DNA of 64,000 bases from Octopus sinensis. Taxonomy: Eukaryota. The notes beneath the pieces are model-generated. The model was not told the origin of the DNA and made no database searches. It worked only from the letters and a program-made list of their open reading frames with translations. This document shows, in pieces, positions 37,001-50,039 of the stretch (position 1 is its first letter; every line of letters begins with the position of its first letter). A program made the translations under genes and the position numbers. The stretch lies in the NCBI RefSeq assembly GCF_006345805.1, contig NW_021832595.1, positions 1 through 64,000 on the forward strand. Direction: 5' to 3'.

Positions 37001-38358
37001 CAAAGATGAGGTCCTTGTTACTAGTCTTTGAAGTAGCCTGCAGAAGGGTATCATAAAAGTTGTCCTTCTGATCATTTGGTAGTCCCGCTTGTGGGGCATA
37101 GGCTGAGATAATCATAGCTGTGCCACTCTGTAGGACCAACCTGAGCTTAAGCACTCTATCACAAACCCTGACAACCTCTATGACCTTATCCACCCATTCC
37201 TCCGCAAGGAGAATGCCTACACCCCCTACACCTTCCGCGTTACCTTGCCAGTAGAGTTTGTACCTAAGTGCCTTGCCCGTGAGGACCCTAGCCGAAGCAT
37301 CTCTCCATCTTACCTCTTGTATGCAGCATACATCAACCTGTCTTCTCTCTAGCATCTCTACAATCTCACTAGACTTGCCTGTCAATGTACCAACATTGAT
37401 AGTGCCAACTCTGAAAACTGGGAAGGAGATGTGGGGGGGGGGACGGGGGGGATTCGGCGCCTGAGAAGAGGAGGGTTGTTGTGGTGGTGATAGTTTTCGT
37501 GGTATTTTTCTTTTGATCTCTCTTCCAACCTGACCACGCCGTGGGCAGGAGCTGGTGTTAGCAGTGGACATTCGTTATCGTCACTGAGTAATGTAATTAG
37601 GTAGAGGAAAGAAATACAGATATTCTAGAGTTGAGTTGGGGAGGGGGGGGTCCAGTTGAGGCGGGTAATATAGGGGAGCAACCAGTGGGGAAGGTTGGGG
37701 TAAGGAGGAACGATGGCAGGAAGGGTTGGTGTAGGTTCGTAAGAAATAAAAACGTAGGATATTACGAGGTGGGAGGGTACTAAAAGGGATGGTCGGATTG
37801 AGGCAGTGTCAGGAGGAAGCGTAAGATCGGTGGGCAGTTGATGAGCTATGGCGCTAGCAGCTTGTCTTTTCACAGTGAAAGCATATGAGGAGAAGGGGTA
37901 GTGGGGGGAGGAGGAGGGAGTAGGGCGTATCCGGTGTAGATGAGTAGGGCGTATCCGGTGTAGATGGTGAGAACAGGGTATACTGGTATTGGTGGTGGGG
38001 GTGAGAACAGTGTTCACCGGTATTGGTGGTGGCGGTGAGAACAGTGTTCACCGGTATTGGTGGTGGGGGTGAGAACAGTGTTCATCGGTATTGGTGGTGG
38101 TGGTGGTGGGGGGGGGGCACCGCCAATGGCGGAAAGATGGGAAAAGACGGATTACGGCTTGAGGTAGCCTAAGGTTAAATTTCGTAGAGAGAGAGATAGG
38201 AAAGATAAATCAAGTTATGGCGAAGGCTTGAAAGTAGCCTAAAAGGTTAAATTTTCGTAGTGAGTGAGATGGGTAAGACGAATCAAGTTATCAATGTATG
38301 AATAAACGTAGTAACAACGAATAAAAATAGTAAGATAAATTTTTAAGAACTTGCTGCG
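34024..38358 (-). mobile_element. Near full-length RTE LINE (5' UTR + APE endonuclease + RT + 3' UTR)
   Basis: ORFs 36702..37571 (GTINVG, CIQEVRW, SAYAPQ, GGDFNGHVG, QIDFIL), 35131..36507 (RT) and 34268..35053 join by two -1 shifts; (CAT)n tail; 5' UTR carries 33-bp and about 27-bp tandem repeats. Confidence 0.93.
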
Positions 38359-38479
38359 ATATATATATATATATATTATACATATATTTATTTATTTATT
38401 TTATTTTCAGTATATATGTATCTTTATTCTTAGTATATATTATATATGTATTCATTTTCAGTATATTTTTATTTTATTT

Positions 38480-40205
38480 TTATTCGGAAGTCCAACAGTG
38501 AAGGGAAGGTGGTGAAGCAAGCAGACCTTACAGGTTGGAAGCATGTAGTGAGCGACCTGCACGTAGGTGGCCATGCTGGATATAAAATCGTCTCCTTGCC
38601 GCCCAAGACAGTGGTAAAATTCAGTTGCTGCATGGGTGTCTGAGCAGTTCCATTTGGAGAGGGCACCACTCACCTGGAGGCCGGGGAGGTTGTAGAAAAG
38701 GTGAACCAAAAATTGCCTGTCTTTCTATATCTGGTCAGATTAGCATGACTGAAACAAGATAAACACAAAATCTATGCTATTTTAGTCCAGAGATTGCTTG
38801 TACACGAAATCAAATTGAATGCTGGATCAGGAACAAACCCAACAGAAGGGGATTCTGACAATGAATGAGAGCCAAATGGAATGAGATAGGACTCTTCGAA
38901 ACAAGTGAGCAATTGTTAGCCGACCAGGCAAGAGCAATTAGAGCAAAAAGGTGGTTAACGGACATGGAAATTGAAGAGATAAAAAGAAAAGTAGAAAGGA
39001 GAAATAATCCTTCACCAACAGATAACGTGCCCAGTGAGAACAGAGAAAGAAATAACGGCAGTGAAGATGTAGAACAAAGTGTAAATGTAAATGCATTCTC
39101 CACAAATTAAGCAGAAGTAATAGGAAGAGCTGTATCACAAGAATACGGTGATGACCAACAAGATGTAGAGAGGATATATTTGAGAAGACCAGGATCAAGA
39201 CCCTTCCCTCCATAATCTGAGGTACATTGACCAATGCAAGATCAAGGTTGAAACCATAAAGATAAATTCAGTTCTTGGGCTGTTCCATACGAGAAATATC
39301 ACTGAAACTCACAAGATTATTTGGGGTGCAGCAACTGTTGCTGCAGATAGACTTGGATAGAAAAGGAAAGAACAAACAGAACGTAAAGAACCGTTCTGGT
39401 GTAGAGGAATTTGTAAGGAACAAAGTCATTTAGGACAAGTTGATAGATTGAGAAGAGGGGAATTGCAGAATGAAAGTATAAGAATGATGCTGGAAAGGAC
39501 AGATGGAATAAGAGATAAATTGTATGATGAGATATTGGAAGAAATGAAACAAAGAATTGGAGCAATCAAAGCAAAACAGGAAAGATAGAAGAAAATAATT
39601 CAAGCAGAACAGATTGTTAGAAGCATATGAGAAGTAACTGTTTCAGGAACTGGATGGGCAATTACACATAACAATGATACCAGAAGCAGAGGAAAGTAGG
39701 GCATTCTGGAGAGGGATCTGGGACCAATCTGCAGATGATAATAATGAAGCAGAGTGGCTGCATGAAATCCAAGATAGGTTAAGAAATATAGAAGGCAAAA
39801 AAGACATAAAAATAACTACAGAAATGATAAAAAAGCAGTTAAGAAAATTCCCAAATGGAAGAGCCAGGACTGGATGGGGTCCCAGATTATTGGATGAAGA
39901 AGCTGAGAGGGATCCATCAAAGGAGAGTGCAACAGCTAGATGAGTGCTCGCAGGAAGGTGCAGTACCCAGCTGGAAGACAAAGGGAAAGACATTGTTATG
40001 TGCCAAGGATCCTGGAAAGGGAAATGTTGCATCCAACTTTAGAACAATAACATGCTTTCTGCTCACGTGGAAACTAATGTCAGGTAATTTGGCTGCTGAA
40101 CTGTACAGATGCTTGGGAAAAAGTGGGCTGCTACCCATTAAACAGAACGGGTACAGTAAAAGGAGCCAGGAAACAAAGGATCAGCTCTTGATTGCTAATC
40201 TAATT
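38480..40205 (+). mobile_element. Degenerate R4/Dong-clade non-LTR retrotransposon, 5' half
   Basis: [22 protein letters not shown]...[60 protein letters not shown] are typical of the R4 clade; many stops. Confidence 0.75.
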
Positions 40206-40208
40206 ACC

Positions 40209-41352
40209 AATTAAATAAGTACCAGTTGTGCACTGGGGTTGATGTAATTGACTTAGCCACTCTCCTGAAATTGCTGGCCTTGTGCCAAAATTTGAAACCA
40301 AAATTCCAGTGATGTTTATGGTCAATAAAATAAGTACCAGTTGAGCACTGGGGTTGATGTAATTGACTTAGCCACACTCCTGAAATTGCTGGCCTTGTGC
40401 CAAAATTTGAAAGCAAAATTCCAGTGATGTTTATGGTCAATAAAATAAGTACCAGTTGAGCACTGGGGTTGATGTAATTGACTTAGCCACTCTCCTGAAA
40501 TTGCTGGCCTTGTGCCAAAATTTGAAACCAAAATTCCAGTGATGTTTATGGTCAATAAAATAAGTACCAGTTGAGCACTGGGGTTGAGGTAATTGACTTA
40601 GCCACTCTCCTGAAATTGCTGGCCTTGTGCCACAATTTGAAACCAAAATTCCAGTGATGTTTATGGTCAATAAAATAAGTACCAGCTGAGCACTGGGGTT
40701 GATGTAATTGACTTAGCCACTCTCCTGAAATTGCTGATCTTGTGCCAAAATTTGAAACCAAAATTCCAGTGATGTTTATGGTCAATAAAATAAGTACCAG
40801 CTGAGCACTGGGGTTGATGTAATTGACTTAGCCACTCTCCTGAAATTGCTGGCCTTGTGCCAAAATTTGAAACCAAAATTCCAGTGATGTTTATGGTCAA
40901 TAAAATAAGTACCATTTGAGCACTGGGGTTGATGTAATTGACTTAGCCACTCTCCCGAAATTGCTGATCTTGTGCCAAAATTTGAAACCAAAATTCCAGT
41001 GATGTTTATGGTCAATAAAATAAGTACCAGTTGAGCACTAGGGTTGAGGTAATTGACTTAGCCACTCTCCTGAAATTGCTGGCCTTGTGCCAAAATTTGA
41101 AACCAAAATTCCAGTGATGTTTATGGTCAATAAAATAAGTACCAGTTGAGCACTGGGGTTGAGGTAATTGACTTAGCCACTCTCCTGAAATTGCTGGTCT
41201 TGTGCCAAAATTTGAAACCAAAATTCCAGTGATGTTTATGGTCAATAAAATAAGTACCAGTTAAGCACTGGGGTTGATGTAATTGACTTAGCCACTCTCC
41301 TGAAATTGCTGGCCCTGTGCCAAAATTTGATACCAAAATTCCAGTGATGTTT
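40209..41352. repeat. 115-bp x10 tandem array derived from a SINE 3' region
   Basis: Unit starts at 40209, 40324, 40439, 40554, 40669, 40784, 40899, 41014, 41129 and 41244; the unit matches the SINE at 20270-20365. Confidence 0.93.
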
Positions 41353-41589
41353 CTTGTATTTATTATAATTAATAGAGATAGTGTTTACTTAGTATGTGTT
41401 AAATGTTGGTTATATTTTTCTGTTTGCTAATGTATTATACTAATAACATATTAGTATGCTCCTTCACCATCCCTACCCCTAGTTTCGACCTAGGAAGGTA
41501 ATGATCATACAGTGCAAAATATGAATGGGTAGTGTTATGCAGGTTGAATTGAAGGCTACTGTATTACTTGCTCATGAATTCTGCCAAAT

Positions 41590-44500
41590 GTGAGCTTTCT
41601 TTTCAGGTACATGAAGCTACTGTCCACCGACGCAGGGTCTCTAGGGCCCATACTTCCCACACCCTCAGGGTTGGCACCCTCAACGTTGGCACACTGAAAG
41701 GTAGGTCTGGCGAGATAGTTGAGATGCTTGAACGAGGTGTGTGGATATATGTTGCATGCAAGAAGTAAGGTGGAGAGGAGGTTCTGCTAGGTTCCTCACA
41801 GGCAAGGAACACAGGAAAAGATTTTCTGGGCAGGGAACACTGACGGGGTTGGAGGCGTGGGTATACTATTGCTGAGAAATGGGTAGATAAAGTAATTGAG
41901 GTAATCAGAGTATGCGACAGAATACTTAAGATTAGATTAGCGCTTCATCATAGTTTAGCAACCATTATATCAGCCTATGCTCCTCAGTCGGGGTTACCTG
42001 ATGGACAGAAAGGCCGATTCTATGACACTCTACTGCAGACTACCTCGTTGACGAACGACAGAGACCTTCTCTTTGTGGCTGGTGACTTCAATGGTCACGT
42101 TGGACGACATGCTGGGGGCTTCCATGGCGTACATGGAGGCTATGGCTCTGGTTCCCGCAACGAGGAGGGAACCAGGCTGCTGGAGTTCTGCGATGCAAAT
42201 AATCTTATGATTTGTAACACTAACTTCAGGAAACCTACCAGCCACCTAGTCACCTACCGATCGGGCCAACATACCAGCCAAATTGACTACATCCTTGCCA
42301 GGCAAAGGGAGAGATGGCTACTTATAAATGCCAAAACCTTCCCAGGCGAAGAATGTACCCCACAACATAGACTGGTAGTTAGTGACTTTAGGATCAGGAG
42401 TAGGAGGACAACCAGAAGACGACCAACATGGAGAAGAAGGATCTGGAAGCTTAAGGATCCTGCGAATGGACAGAGATTTAGAGACATGTTACTTGAAGCC
42501 TTTGACGAAGTAGAAGGGGATAGAGTATCACATGGGGTAGAGGGCAACTGGACGTTTCTAAGGGACAACCTGCTGAGAGCCACAGACCAGATCTGTGGCT
42601 GGTGCAAAGTCCCCTCTCGTCCCAAGGTAACGTGGTGGTGGAACAGTGTTGTAGACAGGGCTATTAGAGAAAAGAGACAGACTTGGAAGCACTGGAAGAA
42701 TGGGGGTAGCAGGGAATTGTATCAGACTGCAAAAAGGGAAGCTAGGAGACAGGTCTATCTAGCCAGAGGGGAAGCAGATAAGAAAAAATTTGCCAATGTT
42801 CTGCGCCGTGAGGACCAAAGACTGGAGGTGTTTCGCGTTGCAAGACAGTATGTGAGAGAGAATTGTGATGTGGTAGGAGAGAAGTGTGTTCGCATGGAAG
42901 ATGGTTCACTTGCGCTAAACGAGAATGCAAAGAGAGAGGCTTGGAGACGCCACTATGAAAGGTTACTGAATAAAGAAAATGAATGGGATAAAGAGAGTCT
43001 GCTGAACGTTGACCCAACAGAGGGACCAGCTATCAGGGTTGATAGTTCCATGGTAGCTAAGGCAATTAGAAGCATGAAGACAGGGAAAGCCCCAGCCCAT
43101 CAGGTATCACTGCAGAGATGCTCAAAATATCTGGTAGCGTCGGCTATAGCCTAGTCACCTGTATAGTTAATCAGGTGATACATGAAGGAGTCATACCCAA
43201 TGACTGGTGTAGCAGCATAATAGTCAACTGCTACAAAGGTAAAGGTGATGCCCTAGATACAAATAATTACAGAGGTATCAAGCTGTTGGATCAGGTGATG
43301 AAGGTTACAGAGAGGGTCATAAGCCAACTAATTAGAGAGAGAGTTAGTTTAGATGAGATGCAGTTTGGTTCGTGCCAGGGAAAAGTACCACTGATGCTAT
43401 ATTCCTGGTAAGGCAGCTGCAGGAGAAATACCTAGCCAAAGATAAGCCCCTGTACCTGGCTTTTGTTGACATGGAGAAAGCCTTCGACAGGGTCCCCCGA
43501 TCCCTCATCTGGTGGTCAATGAGGAAACTAGGAATAGATGAATGGTTAGTGAGAGCTGTGCAAGCCATGTACAGGGATGCTGCTAGTAAGGTGAGGGTTG
43601 GCAATGAGTACAGTGAAGAATTCCGGGTAGAGGTAGGGGTCCATCAAGGTTCAGTCCTCAGCCCCCTCCTATTTATCATAGTCCTCCAGGCAATAACGGA
43701 GGAATTCAAGACAGGATGCCCCTGGGAGCTCCTCTATGCTGATGACCTTGCTCTAATTGCTGAGTCATTATCAGAACTGGAGAAGAAGTTTCAGGTGTGG
43801 AAGCATGGTTTAGAATCGAAGGGCCTTAGAGTCAACCTAGCTAAAACCAAAGTCGTAATAAGTAGGAAGGTAGACAAATCACAAACGCCTTCAGGTAGAT
43901 GGCTCTGCTCGATCTGTAGAAAAGGTGTAGGTAGAACTCTATAAGATGCACCAAGTGTAAGCTATGGACACATAAGAGGTGCAGCAATGTCATAGGAAGG
44001 CTAACTAGGAAGATGGTTTTTGTATGTGGCAGATGCTCGGGAGCATTAACCTCTGAAAATCTGCAGAAAACAACTTCCGTCACTTTCCAGGGGGAAAAAT
44101 TAGAAGTAGTTGATAGCTTCCGTTATCTTGGTGACCAAGTCAGTAGTGGGGGTGGGTGTGCTGAAAGTGTAACGGCTAGAGTAAGAATAGCCTGAGCAAA
44201 GTTTAGGGAGCTCTTACCTCTGTTGGTGACTAAAGGCCTCTCGCTCAGAGTAAAAGGCAGACTGTATGATGCATGTGTACGAACAGCCATGCTACATGGC
44301 AGTGAAACATGGGCCGTGACTGCTGAGGACATGCGTAAGCTCGCGAGAAATGAAGCTAGTATGCTCCGTTGGATGTGTAATGTCAGTGTTCATAGTCGAC
44401 AGAGTGTAAGTACCTTGAGAGAAAAGTTGGACCTAAGAGGCATCAGATGTTGTGTGCAAGAGAGACGATTGCGCTGGTATGGTCATGTGGCGAGATTGGA

Positions 44501-45396
44501 TGAAGATAGGTGTGTGAAAAAGTGCCACACCCTGGCAGTTGAGGGGACCTGTGGAAGAGGTAGACCCAGGAAAACCTGGGTCGAGGTGGTGAAGCACGAC
44601 CTTCGAACTCTAGGTCTCACCAAGGAAATGACCAGAGACCGAGACCTATGGAAGTATGCTGTGCGTCAGAAGACCCGGCAAGACCAGTGAGAACAATAAA
44701 AATCAAATCATATATCAGAAAGCAGGGGTTAAGTGACCCATCTGTTCGTGTCCACTGTCAGCCTCGTCTGGCACCCGTGTCGGTGATACGTAAAAGCACC
44801 ATTCGCTCGTGGCCGTTTGCCAGCTCTGTCTGGCCCCGTGTCGGTGGCACGTAAAAGCACCATCCGTTCGTGTTCGTTGCCAGCCTCGCCTGGCCCTGTG
44901 CCGGTGACATGTAAAAGCACCGTCCGTTCGTGGCCGTTTGCCAGCTCTGTCTGGCCCCGTGTCGGTGGCACGTAAAAGCACCATCCGTTCGTGTTCGTTG
45001 CCAGCCTCAGCTGGCCCCCGTGCCGGTGACACGTAAAAGCACCGTCCGTTCATGGCCATTTGCCAGCTCTGTCTGGCCCCGTGTCGGTGGCATGTAAAAG
45101 CACCATCCGTTCGTGTCCGTTGCCAGCATTGCCTGGCCCCGTGCCGGTGACACGTAAAAACACCATCCGTTCGTGGCCGTTCGCCAGCTCTGTCTGGCAC
45201 CTGTGCAGGTGGCACGTAAAAAACACCCACTACACTCGCGGAGTGGTTGGCGTTAGGAAGGGCATCCAGCCGTAGAAACACTGCCAAATCTGACTGGGCC
45301 TGATGAAGCCCTCCGGCTTCACAGACCCCAGTTAAACCGTCCAACCCATGCTAGCATGGAAAACGGACGCTAAATGATGATGATGATGATGATGAT
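41590..45396 (+). mobile_element. Near full-length RTE LINE (APE + RT + 3' UTR with ~61-bp VNTR)
   Basis: GTLNVGTL, ORFs 42048..43154, 43118..43411, 43372..43944, 44223..44690; 3' UTR tandem units at 44755-45205; (GAT)n ends at 45396. Confidence 0.93.
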
Positions 45397-45506
45397 ATTA
45401 CTTTGTCTTCAAATAATTTCCTGTATTTACCCACTGAACTCCCCAGCTCACCCCTAATCCCTCACCAACGAAATGATTTTATCTTTTTACTTTTTCATAA
45501 TTTTAG

Positions 45507-47038
45507 TTGTGCTGGACGTTTGTAGCAGAGATCATATACTGCAAAATGTGGAGTTAGATGTTCAACCGTTCTGGGAACCATGTGAAGAAAATACCATTTC
45601 AAGCCAGCAAGTCCATGACTATTTACTACCTTCCAAGTTCCATCTGACTTTCTTACAGAAACATAAAATCATAGTTAATGACCAATTAATGAGATGGGCT
45701 GAAGTAATTTGGAAAGATTCCAAGTTTAATAAACTGAAATTAAGTTATTCTGAAGGAAATTTGAAGCAAATTGAACAACGTTTGGAAGAGTTATTAAATT
45801 CCATTATGTTGAAATTATTGATGTTCCAACCGATATTTTTGAAGAAGTTGCTAGAACATTTAAAAGTGAAGAGGATAAGGTGTATTTTTATTTTGATAAC
45901 CGAAATTTCCAAGCTAATATTTTGGGATTTAATAAAAGTAACGTGATTAAAATGAAAAACAGACTTTTGGATACTTTTAGAAGGAAATGTGAGTTTAATT
46001 TAAATATTCATGAAAGACGTATTCTATCTGGTCACAGATTTTTTGAGCAGGCAGAAAGACAATTTGAAGGTCTACAAGTCAGAATTCATGGTAACAAAGT
46101 TGTTTTTGAATGCCAGTATTCCAAAGTAGCTAATTGTCAAAATAGTATGTATAAAATTCTTCAATCAATGGTTAAATCTGAATTGTGTTTGCCTTAAATA
46201 CTGGAATGATCATAAATAAAAAACCAGTGAAAGAATATCTTGATGACAAACTGAGGAACAAGAATTGTATTGGTTCATGGGAAACGGGTGATGGTGATTC
46301 AGTAATACTTATGCAAGTGATAAAACACATCTTTCACTTTTGGAAATAATTCTGAAACAAACTTTTGTTGCCAATACATTGAATTTTATTGATAAAATTA
46401 AGGATACTCCAAATTATGGAAAGTGGCTGACATTTGTTGAAAAACTAAAAGAAGAGTTTCCAGATTTCCATTTTATTGGAGAAAATTCTATTGTTGCTAT
46501 TGATGCTGTAGTTAATGCTATAAAAAACAAAATTGCTAACTTTAAGCAATCTTTAACTTATGAATCTTATATATTGATGCCTCTTGAACATTTCCTCTTT
46601 CTTAAGAGTTCAAAGAACAAGAAATCAATGACTTTGGTGCGAAAAATAAAATTAAGAATGTGTGTCTCAAAGATTATAAGTTACACCTGGAAGGAACACA
46701 AGAGCAAATTAAAAAACTGGAAACATTTATAGAAAATTTAAGAAAGGATACCAGCTCACAAGAAGTGAAATTAGAAATGTTTAGATTTCGAGAATTTCTG
46801 CAGAGTGAAGAAGGAAACACTTTCTTGTGTGAAATGCAGAAGAAATCTGAGAGTATAATATCTTTAAATTCAGATTTAGGAAGTGAAACAGACGGAATAC
46901 TAAATTTTGTGTATAAAAACTGTGAAATAGTGTTGAAGGAAGATGACATCACGACTCTGGACACAGATGCTATTGTTAATGCTGCAAATGGTAAATTGGA
47001 TCATAAGGGAGGAATTGCGGCAGCCATTGTGCAGAAAG
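45507..47038 (+). CDS. PARP14-like: Macro-PARP exon 4 (end of RRM3, long linker, start of macrodomain); four apparent 1-nt deletions
   Basis: Acceptor tttttcataattttag; donor GTGAGT at 47039. ORFs 45473, 45880, an unlisted 46194-46310 segment, 46340 and 46660 join by -1 shifts at about 45798, 46195, 46310 and 46610. Ends IVLKEDDITTLDTDAIVNAANGKLDHKGGIAAAIVQK. Confidence 0.8.
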
Positions 47039-47233
47039 GTGAGTAATACCATTTTTTATAGTTCATGTTTCTTTTAGATCCAAGTGTGGTTGAGAGGCTT
47101 GCTTCCTGACCATGTGGTTTCAAGTTCAATCCTACTCAGCATTTTGGACAAGTGTCTTCTATTATAGGTCAATAGTTGGCCAAAGCCTTGGGAGTGGGTT
47201 TCGTTGATAGAAACTGAAAGAAGCTCATTGTAT

Positions 47234-47285
<52 letters not shown>

Positions 47286-49329
47286 GGGGGGTAACCAGGT
47301 GTAAATGAACATCACCATCACACACTTTTTACTTATTATATATTGTTCATTCATTTTTATACTTTTTGATATCTAGTTATACGTTTTATAAAAATATATT
47401 TGTTATTTATGTTTTGGTTTATGTCTATCACTGTTTGAGTTGCATAATATTGTGCCATTTCCAGTCTTCCATGAAAAACATGTCTGACCATGGAAAAATA
47501 TTCCCTCATTTGGAAACATGTGGCAATTGGCTACAAGAAGGACATCCAACAATGGACATTAAAATACGGTGGTGGTGAATTGTTTATAGATTTGAGACAC
47601 TTGATCACTGACCAGTCCCCAAAATCTGGATAATTATAAATGATTGCAGCAATGTTACATTCCATTTAAAGAAACTTATGTCTGATGCAATGCTGATCTC
47701 TTCTTCTGTTACACTCCATTCCATACCACTTGTGTCTCTCATGCTTCTATGTAGTTGCTCATCCTACTTTCCCCTCTCTTATCTCCTCTCTATCACTCAC
47801 GTTCATCATTCCTTGCCATGTTACTCTTCCTCTTATCTTTATGTCCTTTTTTCCCCTTCATTCTTAAACTCTCCTACCATTATCAACTGCAAATGTTTGC
47901 CAAGTCCTGAACTGCCCTTAACTACAATTCAAAAAATATTGTCGTTCAGGTTTGGAAAACATCCCCTCCCTCCAAATGTCCCCACCACCTACATGACCTA
48001 CAAGCCTGTAGCTCTTTCCCTTCTCGTGTCACTAAACCTGAATTCGCCCTTTGCTCTTCCCTACACTGCCATACATTTCCCTTCCTCTCTAGCACCACCA
48101 TCTTCACTGGTGCTCACGACTGCTCCTTCCATATCATTGATTCCTTCTCTTGCACCTTCCGTAATCTGATTTACTCCATCCCCTTCACTCTTTGCCATTC
48201 CCCATACATTGGACCGACTGGTTGCTGCCTGTTTGATGAACACCTTCACATCATCAAGCTCTGTAATGACCCCCTGGTCTTGTGCCATTACTGCTTCATT
48301 GCTCATTCCCTGCAACATCTGTTCATGTTCAGACTGGCTTTGTAACAAATGCCACCCAGACTCCTGTCTCCATATAGAACGGGAAATAATTCTCCTTCTC
48401 TGTAGTCAAGTCTCTTACAGTCTAAATTCTGCATCCCTTTTCATTTCAAACCCTCCTTCACCTACAAACCACCCACTACTTACATTCCCAGTGTCCCCTC
48501 AACATCTACCCACCCACACACACACCTACTCTACACTGTTGAACTCATTACCCAACACCACATTCAAACAGCATGTACACACATCCACATGCACTCATTC
48601 CTTCTCCTCCTCCTTTGCCCACACTGGCACCCACCCACCCCTCATGCTACCCATCCTCACGCTTATAACAGCAACTATATCATAACACACCTACACTTCC
48701 CAACACCTACCACTTTCCTCACCCATCTTCCACCAAACACCTCTATCCAGTTTCACACTTAACACATTGAATCGGATGTCTGATAGTTTCATAAATATAC
48801 ACACAAAAATAGAAAGCAGGGGCGCACACACATACACACACTCACACAAGATATGCACTCAATAGCTTCATATATACACACACACATCTACACATACACG
48901 CATAAACACACACTTCTACACATAAACTCACAAACACACACACAGTGTACATGCACACAATAGCTATATATATACATCCTCTTGCTTGCACACACAGTTG
49001 CATTGCATAAGCCTTATACACACACACATAAACCAAAAGGATGGACTTACATACACACATGCATAGATACTTATACACAGTACTCACACACATGTGTGCT
49101 CACATACACGTGTCAAGTTCATAGTTGTCTCCCTTGTCACTAGCACTTCAAGTCAGCTCTCATAGATGTCTCCCTAGGTTGCCAGAACCACTCACATCTT
49201 CAGCAACCTCTTCCTCCTCTCATCATTTCAGCTTGTAGTGACACTCTGACACAAGTTTCTCCTCTTCTCTCTCTATTTTTCTCTCTCTCTTCTTCTATTC
49301 CTTTTGTCAAAGAGTAGGCTCAGAATGTT

Positions 49330-49625
49330 AGACACTTCCTAATTTCTCTAAGCATAAAGTTGATACGCTTCTGCTGTGGAGGACAGGTCTTCTTGAGCAC
49401 AGCAAGCCACCAGGTATCTTGGTCCTTTGTCATCTCGTCCAAAAGGTTCACCGTTCTCAGGTTGTTCTTCAGTACTTCGCCCTGTTTTCCTGGGCCTCCC
49501 TCTTCCACAAGCCCCATCCACTTTGAATGTACAGCACTTCTTCGTGGAGCTGTCAGCATCCATCCACATCACATGTCTAAGCCAGCACTCTCTTCTCTCA
49601 CACACTGCATCTAATTCTTCTTATG
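49330..49625 (-). mobile_element. RTE C-terminal fragment
   Basis: WLRHVMWMD...DGACGRGRPRK. Confidence 0.75.
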
Positions 49626-50039
49626 CCAAACTTCTCAATACACTAACATTCTGTTGCATATATATACATATACACACTTGTGTGTGTATATATAGAAGTA
49701 ACGTATTATAGAATTAAAATATAATACATATATTGATATAATATATCACAATATCATTATCATCATTGCTTAATGTCCGTTTTCCATGTTGGCATAGGTT
49801 GGTCAGTTTGACTGAAAAAGGCAGCAAGTGGGCAGAAACGTTAGCACGCGAAATGCGTGATGGTATTTCGTCTGCCATTAAGTTCTGAGTTCAAATTCCG
49901 CCGAGGTTGACTTTGCCTTTCATCCTTTCGGGGTCGATTAAATAAGTACCAGTTATGCACTGGGGTCGATATAATTGACTTAATCCGTGTGTCTGTCCTT
50001 GTTTGTCCTCTCTGTGTCTAGCCCCTTGTGGGCAGTAAA

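Noticed and set aside
40209-41352. CRISPR-like array
   Set aside because: Units are contiguous 115-bp copies with no unique spacers, the context is eukaryotic, and the unit matches a SINE.
45790-46615. Programmed ribosomal frameshifting or U-insertion editing in exon 4
   Set aside because: No X XXY YYZ slippery sites at the four breaks, and the same 1-nt homopolymer losses occur in the LINEs and the tandem array.
47678-48700. ORFs 47678..48169, 48061..48348 and 48209..48685 as genes
   Set aside because: Low-complexity, purine/pyrimidine-skewed sequence with no recognisable domain; probably an old repeat.
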